This document shows positions 27,352 through 40,823 of a stretch of DNA of 64,000 bases, in pieces. How positions within the stretch are numbered: the first letter of the stretch is position 1; every line of letters starts with the position of its first letter. The translations under genes were made by a program, and so were the position numbers. Source of the DNA: Paramecium tetraurelia (Eukaryota); contig CT868163.1 of NCBI GenBank assembly GCA_000165425.1, positions 124,001 through 188,000 of the forward strand. Direction: 5' to 3'. The notes under the pieces were generated by a model, which searched no databases, had not been told where the DNA came from, and saw only the letters and a list, made by a program, of their open reading frames with translations.

Positions 27352-28232
27352 ATTTTTAATTATAGGTTATTTTTATTGTATTCTCTAAAAACTTAAACAC
27401 TCATAAATTAAACAAATTTCAAATCTATTTTTAATTACCCATTAGGAATGATTGCTTTTACAAATTTAAGTGAAGGTAATCGAAATTGTAAATTAGATAC
27501 CAATATATGGATTAATTTCTAAAGTTTATAAATTAGCCTTGATATTATTCATCTATATATTCTACAGAATTTAAATATTATATAATTATCCATTAGCTAA
27601 ATTTGAAAATTAATGTTATAAAGAAATAAACCTAATTTATTAGACTGCTAACTTTAAATGTATAAAGAGCAAATTGCTAAAACATATAGAAAATGGAATA
27701 AACCAAATAAATAGTTTTCATAGAAAGAGAAATTATTGCTTAACCTATTTATGTTCATCCTCTGTAAAATAGAATAATTACTATTTTTATCCTATCAGCT
27801 TTGAAAGTGGATCGGAAAAATGAACTTTGTATTTCAATAATCTACAATTACAGCTCAAGTCATACATGATAATATAAATATGGTTTGATAATTATAGCTG
27901 CTCATAAGTGAAGAGTCTTAAAAGCTATAATCAATTAAGCAAACAAGATTATCGGCAGTGGAGAAGATAATGCTGTTTAAGAATGTTAGCTAATGTTAGA
28001 ATTAGCATGATTATATTTTTGATTCTTGTATTAACATTAGAATTTTCAATAAGCCTTAACCTAAATCATTTCTTGTGAATAATCGTATATTTTAGATTAT
28101 AAATTCAAACAATTCCATTAAACAAATTATTCTATTTATTTTCACCAAATACAATAATTAATATTTATTGTAATAATTATTTACTATTATTTTGTTTTTA
28201 TATTATAAAATAGAATTGTATAAATTTAATTA

Positions 28233-29249
28233 ATGAGTATGGCATTGTAAAAATTTCCGTCAATAGAAATTATTAAAGTAGCTGGTTCTGGTACTTTTGG
28301 TAATTATTGAAAATATTGCCAGGATATGTCTTCGAAGCATATGATCATAATACAAAACAGAAAGTTGCTCTCAAGAGAATTGAAAAGGTTGGAAATCTTT
28401 TAAGTAGAGAATATGAAATACTATTTGAAGTTAAGGAATGTGATCATATTGTTAAAATCCTCGTAAAATATTATAGCATGAATAGGATTTCTTTTATTCT
28501 AGAACTGATGCGGGTAAATTAATTCAAAATATTGTGTTTGAATATATGGAGGATAACCTTGAAAATAGGATATAAACATTTATTAAACAAAATAAATTCT
28601 TTTCAGAGCTGACAATAAAGTCCTACATATATCAGATTTTAAAAGGATTATAGTTTATTCATAATAAAGGAATAGCTCATAGAGATTTAAAGCCGTAAAA
28701 ATGATTGATAATTTTTTAGAGAAAATATCCTTATAAATGATAAGGAAGTAGTTAAATTGTGTGACTTTGGTAGTTCTAAAATGATAAATTCTCATGGTTA
28801 AAATACACCTTACATAGTGTCTCGATACTATCGTGCTCCTGAATTAATTTTATGCGTAACAAAATATGATGTGTCTATTGATATTTGGGCTCTTGGTTGT
28901 ATAATGGGGGAATTAGTTGTGAAGGAAGCTCTTTTTAAAGGAAAAAGCGAAGGAGATTAATTGTTCGCTATTTTCAAAGTCATGGGAAGTTTTAGTCAAA
29001 GTGAGATGGAATATTTTTCAAACAAAGTGCCCTTCGATCATAAAATATTTTTCAAAGAATTATAGAAGTATAAGAGATAGAATTTAAAAGAGAAATTCAG
29101 TTAAATGAAGGACTTGGATAATTTTTTAGATTTACTTAAGTAAAAAACCAAATGTATTTAGCTTAATGCTGCAATATAATCCAGAGAAAAGAATTAGTGC
29201 AAGCGATGCTTTGAAGCATCCATTTTTTAAAGATGTAGCAAATTAATGA
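28233..29249 (+). CDS. GSK3-like CMGC Ser/Thr protein kinase
   Basis: GSGTFG, VALKR, HRDLKPEN, LCDFGS, NTPYIVSRYYRAPELI, IDIWALGC; four introns. Confidence 0.93.
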
Positions 29250-29293
29250 CAATATATTTACAATAAATATTTACTATATATATTTAATGTGAA

Positions 29294-29830
29294 TCATTTA
29301 TCTTAGGCTTCTCTGCTTCCAACGATTTTTTCTTCTCCCATGGCTGAAAGAACTGATATCAACAAATCCCTAAAATATTAATGGAAGTAATTTACTTGCC
29401 GGCATCAAATTAATCTCTGATTTCCTTCACCAAATTGAAGTCATCTTCAGTTTCTGGTAGTTTGAGATCTTCTTTAGTTGATCCATCTTCATTCATAAGA
29501 ATGACGAATCCATCACCTTAGATGTCCATCAATGTATATTCCTTTTTAGTAACAAAAGGAACGTCAATGTTGTGAGATGTGGGGGCTGAATCTTCATAAG
29601 TTTTGTTTGTGAAAATATCCTTTCCAACAATAGAAGCCTAATTGATTTGATAAAGTGAATACTTTAGCATGACCATGCTTTCCTGCCTTTGATGTTGACA
29701 CATCGGTAATCTTGCATGGATGTCCCTTAAGCATAACATAGCCTCCTTTTTTTAATGAACCAGCACTTTCTGTGTAGGTGTGGGATGAACCTGCATTTCC
29801 TTACTCGAATTGATTTTCGTCGTCAGACAT
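29294..29830 (-). CDS. eIF5A: Eukaryotic translation initiation factor 5A
   Basis: [19 protein letters not shown]...[22 protein letters not shown] (hypusine loop), [23 protein letters not shown]; two introns. Confidence 0.96.
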
Positions 29831-29959
29831 TTAATTATATTTAAATTTATTTTAAATTTGGGGATTTGTGAAATATTATATATTACAATTATCAGAAAAT
29901 AAATTCTTTATAAGTTTATAAATAGTAAACTTTTTCTTCAAAATATAACTATAAAATTC

Positions 29960-30684
29960 TCATTATTAATATCTACGTAATATCACTCGAGTCATCATCA
30001 ATTCTCTCCAACTATCGAATTCAAGATTCTCAATAATTTACATTTCACTATGCTGTCTCTATTCCTTATAACAAGTGTAGGGATATTTCCAATCGCAATT
30101 ATTTGTCATTTATATATCTAATTAGGCTCTAAGTTAGTACAATATATATACTAATATTCAGTTATTGCTATTTGATCTTATTGAATATAATTAGAACTCT
30201 TTTGATTAATTTATTCTATCCACTAATTACGTTTGTTGTGTTATAGTAAAGATCGGTAAGAAATTAATTACGATTATTGATTTAATGCAGATTGCCGTTG
30301 CTTGGCTAACTCAGATTACTATTCAGTATTTCTAATAGAAAAGTCGGCTGGTGTATGTAAAGATGTACTAGGAGTCTTTTTTATATGTTTTTTCGTTAAT
30401 TTCTTAGGAGATTTGTTAGTGAGCCCAGCTAAAACATTCTTTAAAGAATCATTTTATGGAATTATAACTAAAGTACTTTCACATGAAGATTTTAATTTTA
30501 GATTGTTTATTAGATTTTTGACATCTTTTTTATACTTTGGACAATAAAATTGCTTTTGCTAAGTATCATATAGATCACTTATCTAATTTATTGTTTGTTT
30601 ATTGAATGAAGAGGTTCTCTTCTTTTCAGCTCTTTTATTCATTAAGTTAACAATATTATTTTTAATATAAATCTCACTTTACAT
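29960..30684 (-). CDS. Basic hypothetical protein
   Basis: MQSEIYIKNNIVNLMNKRAEKKRTSSF... long code-6 frame with one intron near the 3' end; stop inferred after DSWRELMMTRVILRRYQQ. Confidence 0.55.
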
Positions 30685-30753
30685 TGTAAATGAAGTAGAT
30701 AAAACATATTAATCTTTGATATGTTAAAAATGATTAGTAGATAAATATATTTA

Positions 30754-33700
30754 TCATATTACGTTCCACGCATTCCTACCCTGCTTATTTAAAATGTGAG
30801 AGAAGGCTCCAGAAAACATTAGCATATCAGCTATTACATAATGAGAATATGCTATTGCCAAATGCAAGGGCGTATTTCCATCATCCTTTTTTAGTAAAAA
30901 AATACATTCTGTATATTAATATCTGCTCCTCTTCTTATTAGCTCTTTCACAATCTCCTTATTTCCACTTTGTGTAGCTAAAGTTAAAAAGGTTTCATTGT
31001 TTTAGAATCTATAATCAATGTACATTTCTGGCAATTAAATAAAATTTTCCATAAACTATGTAAAATTCTACTTAAATTATTTACCTCCTAAAAATTGTTG
31101 TCCTAGATTGCAAACTTTACTTAATATTTTTGATCATATTTCTACCTTTTTGTTTATTCCTCTGCATGACTTCTCATCCTCAATGCATTTTATTACATAC
31201 TTGATATCTAAAGGATGATTTATAAATAAAAATATGTATACTTTCTGTTCAAAGATCTTATTGAGTAATTTATCTGATTTTGTCGGATGATGTTTTAGTT
31301 TTTTTTCATTCTGAGATTCTTGAAACTATTAGATTTTTGGCTGATGTTTTTAATTGTCTCCATCAATTATTTTTTATGAACTAATATCCAATCTACTATT
31401 TGATGATTTGATGGATGAAGTTTCACTTAATTCTCCATTGGAATTACTTTTTTGAATTGTCTTTGATCCTGATCCATTAAATGATTGTTAAGATTAGTTA
31501 GTTGGTTTAGTTAAATATTAAGTAGTAGATTGGGTGATAATATTATTATTTTAAGTTTATTAATTAGTTAATTAGTTAGAATACTGCATTGTTAATTTTG
31601 AGATGTTTTGATCTGGCGAATTGGCAGTTTACTTTTTTCTTAGATTTGGTTAAGCAATCGTTTATGATTGATTTTGTAGTAACTACTTTTTATTATGCAA
31701 ATTAGTTTTTATTTTAGCAATTTATCGAATATGTTAGTCTGTTTTTATAAACTGTTAATTTATTATTTATTATGGTTATTATTTTTATAAATTTAATTAT
31801 GATTGCTGTTATTGCAATTATTAGTTTTAACTTTTTGATTACTTCTCTAATTCCTTTAATTTTGGTATTTCTGGTAGATTTTCTAATGTCTCTATTAAAT
31901 CTTAGTGTTCTATGTCAATAACCTTCTAAAAATCCTAATATCTTCCAATCAATATTGTTTGGTATCGCACTTCTAATTAATTAGCTATTCTCTTTTTTAA
32001 AATTTCCCCATTATTGAATTATTCTAGTTACCTAAATGCCTCACTATCAGTATCAGAGTAGAGGGAATCTAGAGTCTCATTTAAAGGTCTGGCTTGTTAA
32101 GGGAAAGTTAATAATTAATTTTTAGTATTTTGATCTAAAGTGCTTATAATGCACCTATATTGATATGATTATAAGAAATTAGTTTTTGCTTATTTAATTA
32201 AAGTCAATTAACCAGTAGAAAGAGCTGATGTTATGCATGAATAATTACATTTCAAATTCTTGAAATCATCTTCAATAAATATGTCCTCCTCTTCCCCTTA
32301 ATCTAAATGATTAAGGGATTTTACTTTGCTTCCAATTTAACTTCCATTTTCTTGTTATTATAATCCTAGCCTAAATTTATTCAAAATTAAACTTTAAATT
32401 GGCTCTTCTAAAAGTAAATCTAAAGATCTGCTTTAATCTGATTCACTAGAAGAAAATGTTTCGCTCTAATCAAAAAAAAAAAGGTTGGAACTTAAGGATA
32501 GTTTTGGCTAGTCAATAATATATTTTGGGAGTTCTATGTTTTATTGCAATGTCGATCCAATCAATTCGAATCCAGGTACTTCGGTGACTTAAAACTTTCT
32601 GATTAGTTTTAGAAAAATAAATACATAAATGTTAACTTAATTAATTGTTGTTAGGAAATATAGTAATCTTCTATTTCTTATATATTCATTCCAACAAAAG
32701 TAGTTTTTCTGGGTAATTTATGCAATTTACTTTGATAATAAAGCCTGACATATAAATTAGACTTGAATAAATAAGATATTTATTTACTTTTGAGAATTCT
32801 TGATTAAAATCTAGATTGTTATTTTCTTCAACATTAGGAGGAGGAATGGTAATATTAGATAGTTCATCTTTAATGATTTGTTGTGAGACTGAGTGTCTTA
32901 GATGTATTTGTCTTAAGGATTAGTGGAGAGATCCAGAATGTGTTAGGTTTCTTCTACTAGGAGACTTAGATATTTTAGGTGGAGATAATGCTAAATGCAC
33001 TTCTTCAATAATTTAATCTTATTGAATTATAAATTTTGGTCTCTTAAAAATTTTAATTTCATTTTCTAATTTATCGTTAGTAATTGTAATTGTAAATAAA
33101 TCTTTATTTAAATTGATACCTTATGCATAATGTTCATTAGTTCCTTGTTGAGAAAATTGATTCTTTTTATATTTAGATAAAAATGAAAATTTTTAGGGTT
33201 ACTCAACTTCTTTGCTGTTTTCAGTTGTTGTTAAAATCATTTTAATTTTTCTTTAAAATGCTTTATTGGTAGTATTTAATTTAGCTATTTGTGAATTGAC
33301 AATGTTATTCATCTTATGTGGATGTTTCAAATTGAATACACTCTCAAATAGTTTTTTCTTATTGGCTACTTCCTTATGTTGAAATTACTTAGCCTTATAT
33401 AAAATAAAATTTCCAGCCTCAAAGGCATCACTTATTTTTTGACGTTCTTCTTCATGCTTTATTGTGAATTCAGGTGAGATTATGACATTAAAAAGGGACT
33501 TTGGCTTAAATAATATTAATAATGTACTTGTTTGTTGATAAAAAGAGTAGAAACTTGAGATTAAACAGCATTTTTGAATTTGAGTCGAACAGATAGTTTC
33601 TTCATCTTTTAGGGTACTTGAGGGAAATCCTCTTCTCCTTCAGAATCTTCATCTTTATCTGATTCGTATTCCTAGCCTTTCGATGAATGTAATTCTAATG

Positions 33701-34243
33701 GCTCTGTTATTTGTATTGTTGGAATATGTATTAATGGAGGAATATCTGGCAATCTGGCACTGTGTTAGGAATCAGTGTAAATTGAAGGCAAAATACTTTT
33801 TCGAGATTCAATTTTTCTTAATTCCCTTGCTTTTTTTTAGATTATTAAAAATGGATGCTACTCTGATTCTGTGAGTGATATTATTTTCTCTTATTTAAAT
33901 CTTTTCTATTGAGGTTAATTCTTTAAGTCTGACGATAAACTTTTAATATGATGAACTATTGGTTGCTATTTCGAAATATGTTGAGTCTATGTCTTAACTC
34001 GTGCAGAATTTTAAAGTATTGGTTTATTTACACTTTGAGGAGATTTAATTGGTTTCGCTAAACTGTTTTATTTATGCATATTGGCTGTTTGAGTCCTCGT
34101 GGAGGATAAATATTCTGATGCCATACTGGGTGTCGAAGTATGGGGTCCAATATAATTTCCAAATGCTCTATAGAATTGCTAGTTAAATAAATTGAATTTC
34201 AAACCTTGGAGAAATAGGCTTGGTCAATATAATTTTAATTCAT
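30754..34243 (-). CDS. Large low-complexity protein with C-terminal ankyrin repeats
   Basis: ETFLTLATQSGNKEIVKELIRRGADINIQ, DGNTPLHLAIAYSHYVIADMLMFSGA, NKQGRNAW; first intron begins GTT; internal continuity only partly checked. Confidence 0.7.
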
Positions 34244-34719
34244 TTTTTATAATTAACTAGAAATGGAAATATTCATATAGAAATAGCCAGTTAATCAATA
34301 TTGTTGATAATAATTAAGTCGAAATCAATATAATCAATAGAATGTAACCAAGCAAAATTGGAATAAGACATTCTTTTCAAATTTAATTTAAAATTCAATA
34401 ATTGAACCCATTATTCTAGTGTTACTTAACAATGTAAAAGTTTAAGTATTGTTATTGTAGTGTTGAAATAATAATAATCGTAAAAATGATGATTGTATTC
34501 AACTATTTAATATTTATACTGTTTTAATATAAGAAAGAAAGGGAATAAAATGTAAAACAGATTTCCATGAGGTTGAACATAATTTCTTTAATGTATTGTA
34601 TGTTCAACCGAGATATTAATTGCCAGACTAAATTTGATGCATGCTAAATAAATGTGGTAATTTTAGGTTGTTTATTCCATAATGAAATAGGAATCATCAC
34701 TTAAAGCCAGTTAATTCTT

Positions 34720-35045
34720 TCACCAAGCAGGACTGAAAGGTGACTCTTCAAGCACATAATTCATCATTGTTACTCCCGGGTTACCCATCATTCTAGCTAT
34801 CTCCATTTCATGATTAAGAAGCATAACATCCATTGGTGCTGTTTCATAAAAGGGCTTTGTTAATTGTACAAACAATGAGTATTCTTATAGTTCTGATGCA
34901 TAATCATTTGGCAAATATGATAATTCTTCGTTCTATTCTAGTCTTAATAAAGACCACTCATACCAATTTTACTCTTGCCTCTTAATGATGTTTAAGCTTA
35001 TGTGCTGAGTATTGTTAGAATCAGAATCAAGATGACCATCTTCAT
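34720..35045 (-). CDS. Small secreted protein (~99 aa)
   Basis: MKMVILILILTILSTQAQTSLRGKSKI|EQNEELSYLP...MMGNPGVTMMNYVLEESPFSPAW*, with a 26-nt intron. Confidence 0.7.
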
Positions 35046-35472
35046 GGTAATTTAATTAATAACTAATGTAAATCCGTTTTTATTTAGATAAATTATATCA
35101 ATAAATCAAAAAGGTTATCTACTGCATATGGTTATCTATTTGCATTAAATAGATGTCTAAGTTATTTCAGTTGAAAAATACGATAACAAATTCAATTTAA
35201 ATGAACAATAAGAAATAATGTTATAGAGTGAATGAGCAAAACTCTAGATTCATTAGCATGTATTCCTAATGCTGCATTGATGTTATTGTCACTAACGACT
35301 ATGTGATAATATTTTTTTAAGATCTATACACAATGATCAATTTAGAATATTTTATTTAATAAACACTAGCTATATTCTATTTAATATTTAAGACACTTAA
35401 CTTTTAACCATAAAGATGGTATCTAAAATATAATATAAATTTGGTTTATATTGTAATAAATAAATATTATAG

Positions 35473-37388
35473 ATGTAAAATGTCTAAACAAGTAAATGTG
35501 TAGCCCACTTTCAAATAGATCTGTCTGAAAAGGTAGGAAAGGGTACATTTGGAGAAGTTTGTTTGGGCAGGGATACAAAAACATAAGAAGTAGTAGCAGT
35601 TAAAATCATCAACATCAAAGCGAATGATAAGAATTTCGATCAAATGAAGAAACTATGTGAAAATGAATGTTAAATTATGCAGCGTTTTCAACATCCCAAT
35701 CTTGTCAAATTTTATTCATTCTAAAGAACTTTGAACAATGTTTATTTCATGATGGAATATTGTGAAGGAGGCAGTTTAGATTAATATATCGCCAGGAAAT
35801 GCCCTCACAAAAATTAGTTGAAATATTTGGCAGAAACTGAGGCCAGGATTATTTTAAGTTAAATAGTTGATGGATATAAAGAAATGTATAAATAGAATAT
35901 AGTTCATCGTGATTTAAAACCAAGCAATATTCTAATTAACAAAGGGATTGCCAAAATTTCAGATTTTGGATTCAGTAAGATATTACAGGATTTTGACAAT
36001 TAAATTCTATAGACTTTTGCTGGTACTCCATTGTATATGTCTCCATAAATTCTCAATCCTCAAGCACAAAGACAATATTCTACTAAAACTGACATATGGT
36101 CTTTAGGGATTATTTTCTTTGAAGTCCTCTATGGTACGACTCCTTGGAGGGCTAGTTCATTCTCAGAATTAATTCTGAAAATTTCTTCTGTGCCCTTAAG
36201 ATTTCCAGCCATACCTCGAGTTTCTGAATAAATGAAATAAATTATTTTCAAAATGCTCTAAGTTGAAGAGAAGGATAGAATGAGTTGGGAAGAATTATTT
36301 CAATTATAAATCTAAGAGGATCAGGAATCGATGACTATTATAAACAGAAGTATTATATAAATTAATCAGGAACAGGATCTCTTGAAAAAAAAGAATCTTG
36401 AAAAAAATTTAAATAGAGGTATGATTTAAAATATACAACATGGGAGATAACAACAAGAAAAACTAGAAAAAGCTTATTAACAAATAAATAAAGATTCTAA
36501 TAAAACTAAATCAACTGAATCATTTTAGTCTCGCAATTAAAATTCAATTAGCCCAGCAAGAAAAGAAAAAATATTTTCTTAAAAATAATCAACATCACCA
36601 ATTAGAACTCTTGTGAATTTGAATTAAAATCAAAATTAAAATGTTTTAGGAAAAGAATAATAGGAACAGATTGTCAATAACTATATAATAAAGAAGATTG
36701 CAGAATGGATTACACATAAAAAGAATAAATCAGAATTTCTCAATAGACTTTCACAATCATTATTTGAATAATGGTCAGCATGTATAAATATTGTTATTCT
36801 TTATAGAAAAATTCCAATTAAATTAGAGTATCTATTTAGGAATTTGCTATTTGTTGACAAAATACTAATTTCTTATTTTATCTAAGATTTTTACAAGATT
36901 ATAAAAGAAGAGTTTAAACAAGTAAATTATACTTAAATGCTTTTAGTACTACTAAAAGATTTACAGAAAAAGAATGGACCATATTTTGCTAAAGTAAAGA
37001 TTATTATGATTCAATCAAAATTATCAAGGAAAATTGTGAACTGATAAGAGAATTTCTAATAGAATTAGTTAAAAGAACAAAAATAGCCCTCTAAGATACA
37101 GCAATATAAGAAATGAAACTAATTAACTCCATAGCAACTATGGAATTAACAGATAAAAAATAATTTGATACCATTTTCTTAATTGGCTTAGAATACTATT
37201 ATAAAATAGTCTTGGCCTAATTACCTAAAGAGCAGAATGATAGAGGCTATTTAGAATTTGCTGTTCGTTTAAAAGATTGCTGTAAAATACATGAGATTGT
37301 AAAATTTCAAGAGGTGGATTTCTTCAAATATGAGGATAACATCACGAATTCTTCAAACTAATAATTACTTGAGTAATTATAAAGATGA
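35473..37388 (+). CDS. ULK/Atg1-related ciliate Ser/Thr kinase with C-terminal helical region
   Basis: [53 protein letters not shown]. Confidence 0.92.
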
Positions 37389-37659
37389 AAAATAATATAG
37401 TTTATGTCTAATTTTATTGATTAAATTTACATAATTTATTTTATTTACATTTTTTACATAGAATTAATTAGTTATTTTTTTATTTCAGAATACCTTCCAG
37501 CAATCAAAATATTTGTATATTCTGTTAAATTGAGTTAATCTTAATTTCATCAATATTTTTATAATTATTATGAAGTCATAAAATAAGAATGTAAATTTTA
37601 TTTTAAATAATAATATAATTCAATCTAATAAATAGTATTTGCATAGACATAGGACTATT

Positions 37660-38708
37660 TCAGCAAGTTATCTTACGATTTATTCTTTTTTCATCATCAA
37701 CTTATTCGATTGTAGTTTGAGTTTTAGATTAGATGCTTGAATTCTTTTAATAAAAAACTAATATTACATCCAATGTATTTTGAGTACTTCCTTTAGACCT
37801 ACAGCCAATCTCATTTCCATCAAGCTGGCTTTTGGCTATGAAAAACACCATAATATCATTTTCAACTATTAATTAATAACTAAACTTGAATTAATTAAAT
37901 ACCCAAACAATCTGTTTAAATAATACTCAAACTAAGATTTTCTTTCCCTTAAATCAAGTATCTCTTTTGGACTTAAAGATTTCTTTTCAGGTAGATGTGG
38001 AAGAGGAAAATCAAATCTAAGATTCTTAAGCTATTTATGATAATCTCTTAGATCCTGATAACGCTAGTTAAACTTCCATCTCTTTTGAGTAATTGTATCA
38101 TTTACTTCAATTGTATAAAGAATACAATCATCAACAATAATATGATCTTCAAACTTAAAAATGTATTGTTATCTATATATACATCTAATTAATACTTATT
38201 AGAATTCCCATTCTTTTTTTAAGGCAACGAAAATATAGAATCGCCATGCTTAGCTAGGTATGATTCTTTCAGTTATTAAATCTCTTACCATTTTCTATCA
38301 ATTTGCTATCCAAATACTTTCTTATTGACAATATCTTTGGGTAACATTTCTTCAATTACATCCAAACATTATAATTCAGAATAGGTCAATACTTAATTGA
38401 AATATTATTATAGTTCTCCTCTCTTTGATAATAAAAAAACTTACTCGCTTAATTATACTTTCCTCACTTTAATTTGTGTGAAAGAGTAATTTTTTTTTTG
38501 GAAAATTGAGATTTTGAATTCTTATTTTAAAAATATTAATCCAATCCAATATTTTTTGATGAATTGATTCTAATTCAGAATACCTTTTTCTGGTCTCTTT
38601 GGGTTCACCGCCTTCCATGTTATACACATTGATTATGTAATACACCTTTTTATCAATTATTTCGTGAGATAAGATTTTTACAGAGTATCTTTAAACTGAT
38701 TGTTTCAT
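37660..38708 (-). CDS. Tandem PX-domain protein
   Basis: PX1: KVYYIINV...RKRYSELESIHQKI...FPKKK; PX2: QRYQDLRDYHKQL...PLPHLPEKK...ERKSQFEYYLNRL. Confidence 0.8.
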
Positions 38709-39787
38709 ATAATTTATTATTAATTCTTTTATCGTCATAATTAAGCGATTGTATTTATTTTGTTCATTGTATTATTATTGAAGTGCAATTTACTCTCAAA
38801 ACACTCTAATCTTTCAATTGAAATGTTTATATTGATTTAAATTACACCATATCATATCCATTTCAGAAAACACAGAAACTCAAGTTATAATTATTCATTT
38901 TTATTTTATTATAAATTTATATTGAAATCAGAAATTTTATTCTAATGGAATTGGGCCCATTAATTTTTACATCCATTCAGAGAATATTATTTCCGATTTC
39001 AATATAACTTTTTTGGATTGACAATTGTTAATTGTTAATTATAAATGACAATTAAATTATTTGTTTAAAGCTGTAATAAATACATTTGGATTATTCAGAC
39101 TTTAAATTTCTCCAATTTAATGGAAATAAATTATTTAAAGATGGATAATATTTGAAATTTACAACAAATCCTATATGAGAGTAAATATATTGAGTATGTA
39201 TTTGATTTCAAAAAAGTGATAACTATTGTTATAAATAAAACGAGCTTATTAATTATTCAAGTAATGATAGCTTTTTACAAAATATTGTTCTCTTGAATTG
39301 AAAATTGACACTTTAGCTATAGAATTGATAAAAATTATAAGAAATATATTTAGAAAAATCACTTAATCCCTAAAAAGCTTCTGAAAATGTTTATATATTT
39401 GTTAATTGATGACCTTTTGTATAAATAAATCCATTCTCCAAATCATAAAATTAATTGAATTCTTAAACTCTCAGGTTCTTAAAATAAAAGATAGTCATTT
39501 TTTTGTCACCATTGTTTCAATCTGAATGTTGTCGATTTCCTTAGATAATAAATTAAGTAACTGAACTCATTTTAATTATAAAATGAGTACAAGATTAACA
39601 GTTAGTTAATTTCTAAGAAAGATTTAAATTACTAATATACATGTTTACTACTCAATTTTATTCTTAGTGAATTAATGAAATAAATTAATTATCTAAGAAT
39701 ACATAATTAATGATATTGAAAGATTATCAAAATTATTTATTAATAATATGAATATAATTAAAACAATATATTATTATTATTTATTTA

Positions 39788-40813
39788 TCACCTAAAACCT
39801 CCATCTTCTACTTATTGAAGTGGTTGCATTCCTTCTTTGATTTTGTTTAAAACATTTAATTTCCATTTGTCTAGAGGTATGATTTTATTAAATTCAAAAC
39901 TATAAATTATGTAAAATATTGTACCATTCATCTGAAAACATTTATGCATTATTATTGTCAACAGCCTTAATTAGATTAACAACAAATTTGTATTATCTGG
40001 CTGAAGCAAAACTAGGATCTTTGTCCAAGTATCTCTCAAGGGCAATTCCACATCCTACTGAATCCTATTAAAATTGGTATTCGATATTATACATTGTTGC
40101 ATAAATAAAGTAAACAAGATTTAAAATATAGTTCTTTGGCACTGGGGGCAGTTAATTTATTTTCCATGTATTTATCACCGATATCTTCGAAAATCTAAAT
40201 AATTAAAGTTAAGAAAACCTTAATGGCTGCTATTAAGTCACCTGAAGCATTCTAGGTTGACAATTCTGCAACTTTTAATCTCATTTGATTATAATCAGAT
40301 ATTCTTTTGCCATCTGCTTAAAATAGATCAGCAGCTTCTTAATATGCTTTGACTGCTAGATGGAATTCAAGCTCGGATTCATAAATTTAAGCAATTTCCT
40401 TCTTATATCTAGAAGCATTGTCTAATCTATTCTCATTAGCATAATGTTCAATTGCTTTTTCGTACAATTAGATTGATTCTATACTCAAAATCATATTAGT
40501 ATACCTGCTTTATTAACATTACTAATTGCTTTGGCAGCCTCAACATAGAAATCTCCAGTTTCCCCAGATTTAAGAGTTTAATCACAAGTAATACAACGTT
40601 AGTATGCTTCAGATGCTTTTTCCCATTTTTTGCCCAATTTATATTGTGTTGCTGCTGACTTATACAATTCAAGTGCTTTTTCTGCTCTTTCTCCCTTTGA
40701 TCCAAAAATATTGCCAAAAGTCGAACCTTTATTTTACATAAATAGGTACCTTTGAGAGCTTTATCTCCCTTCATCATAAATTCATCACCTTTTAATACAT
40801 AATTAGAATCCAT
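39788..40813 (-). CDS. Alpha-soluble NSF attachment protein (alpha-SNAP/Sec17)
   Basis: KGDKALKG|STFGNIFGSKGERAEKALELYKSAATQYKLGKKWEKA, ALERYLDKDPSFASARQYKF, PLDKWKLNVLNKIK. Confidence 0.93.
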
Positions 40814-40823
40814 ATATATTTAA

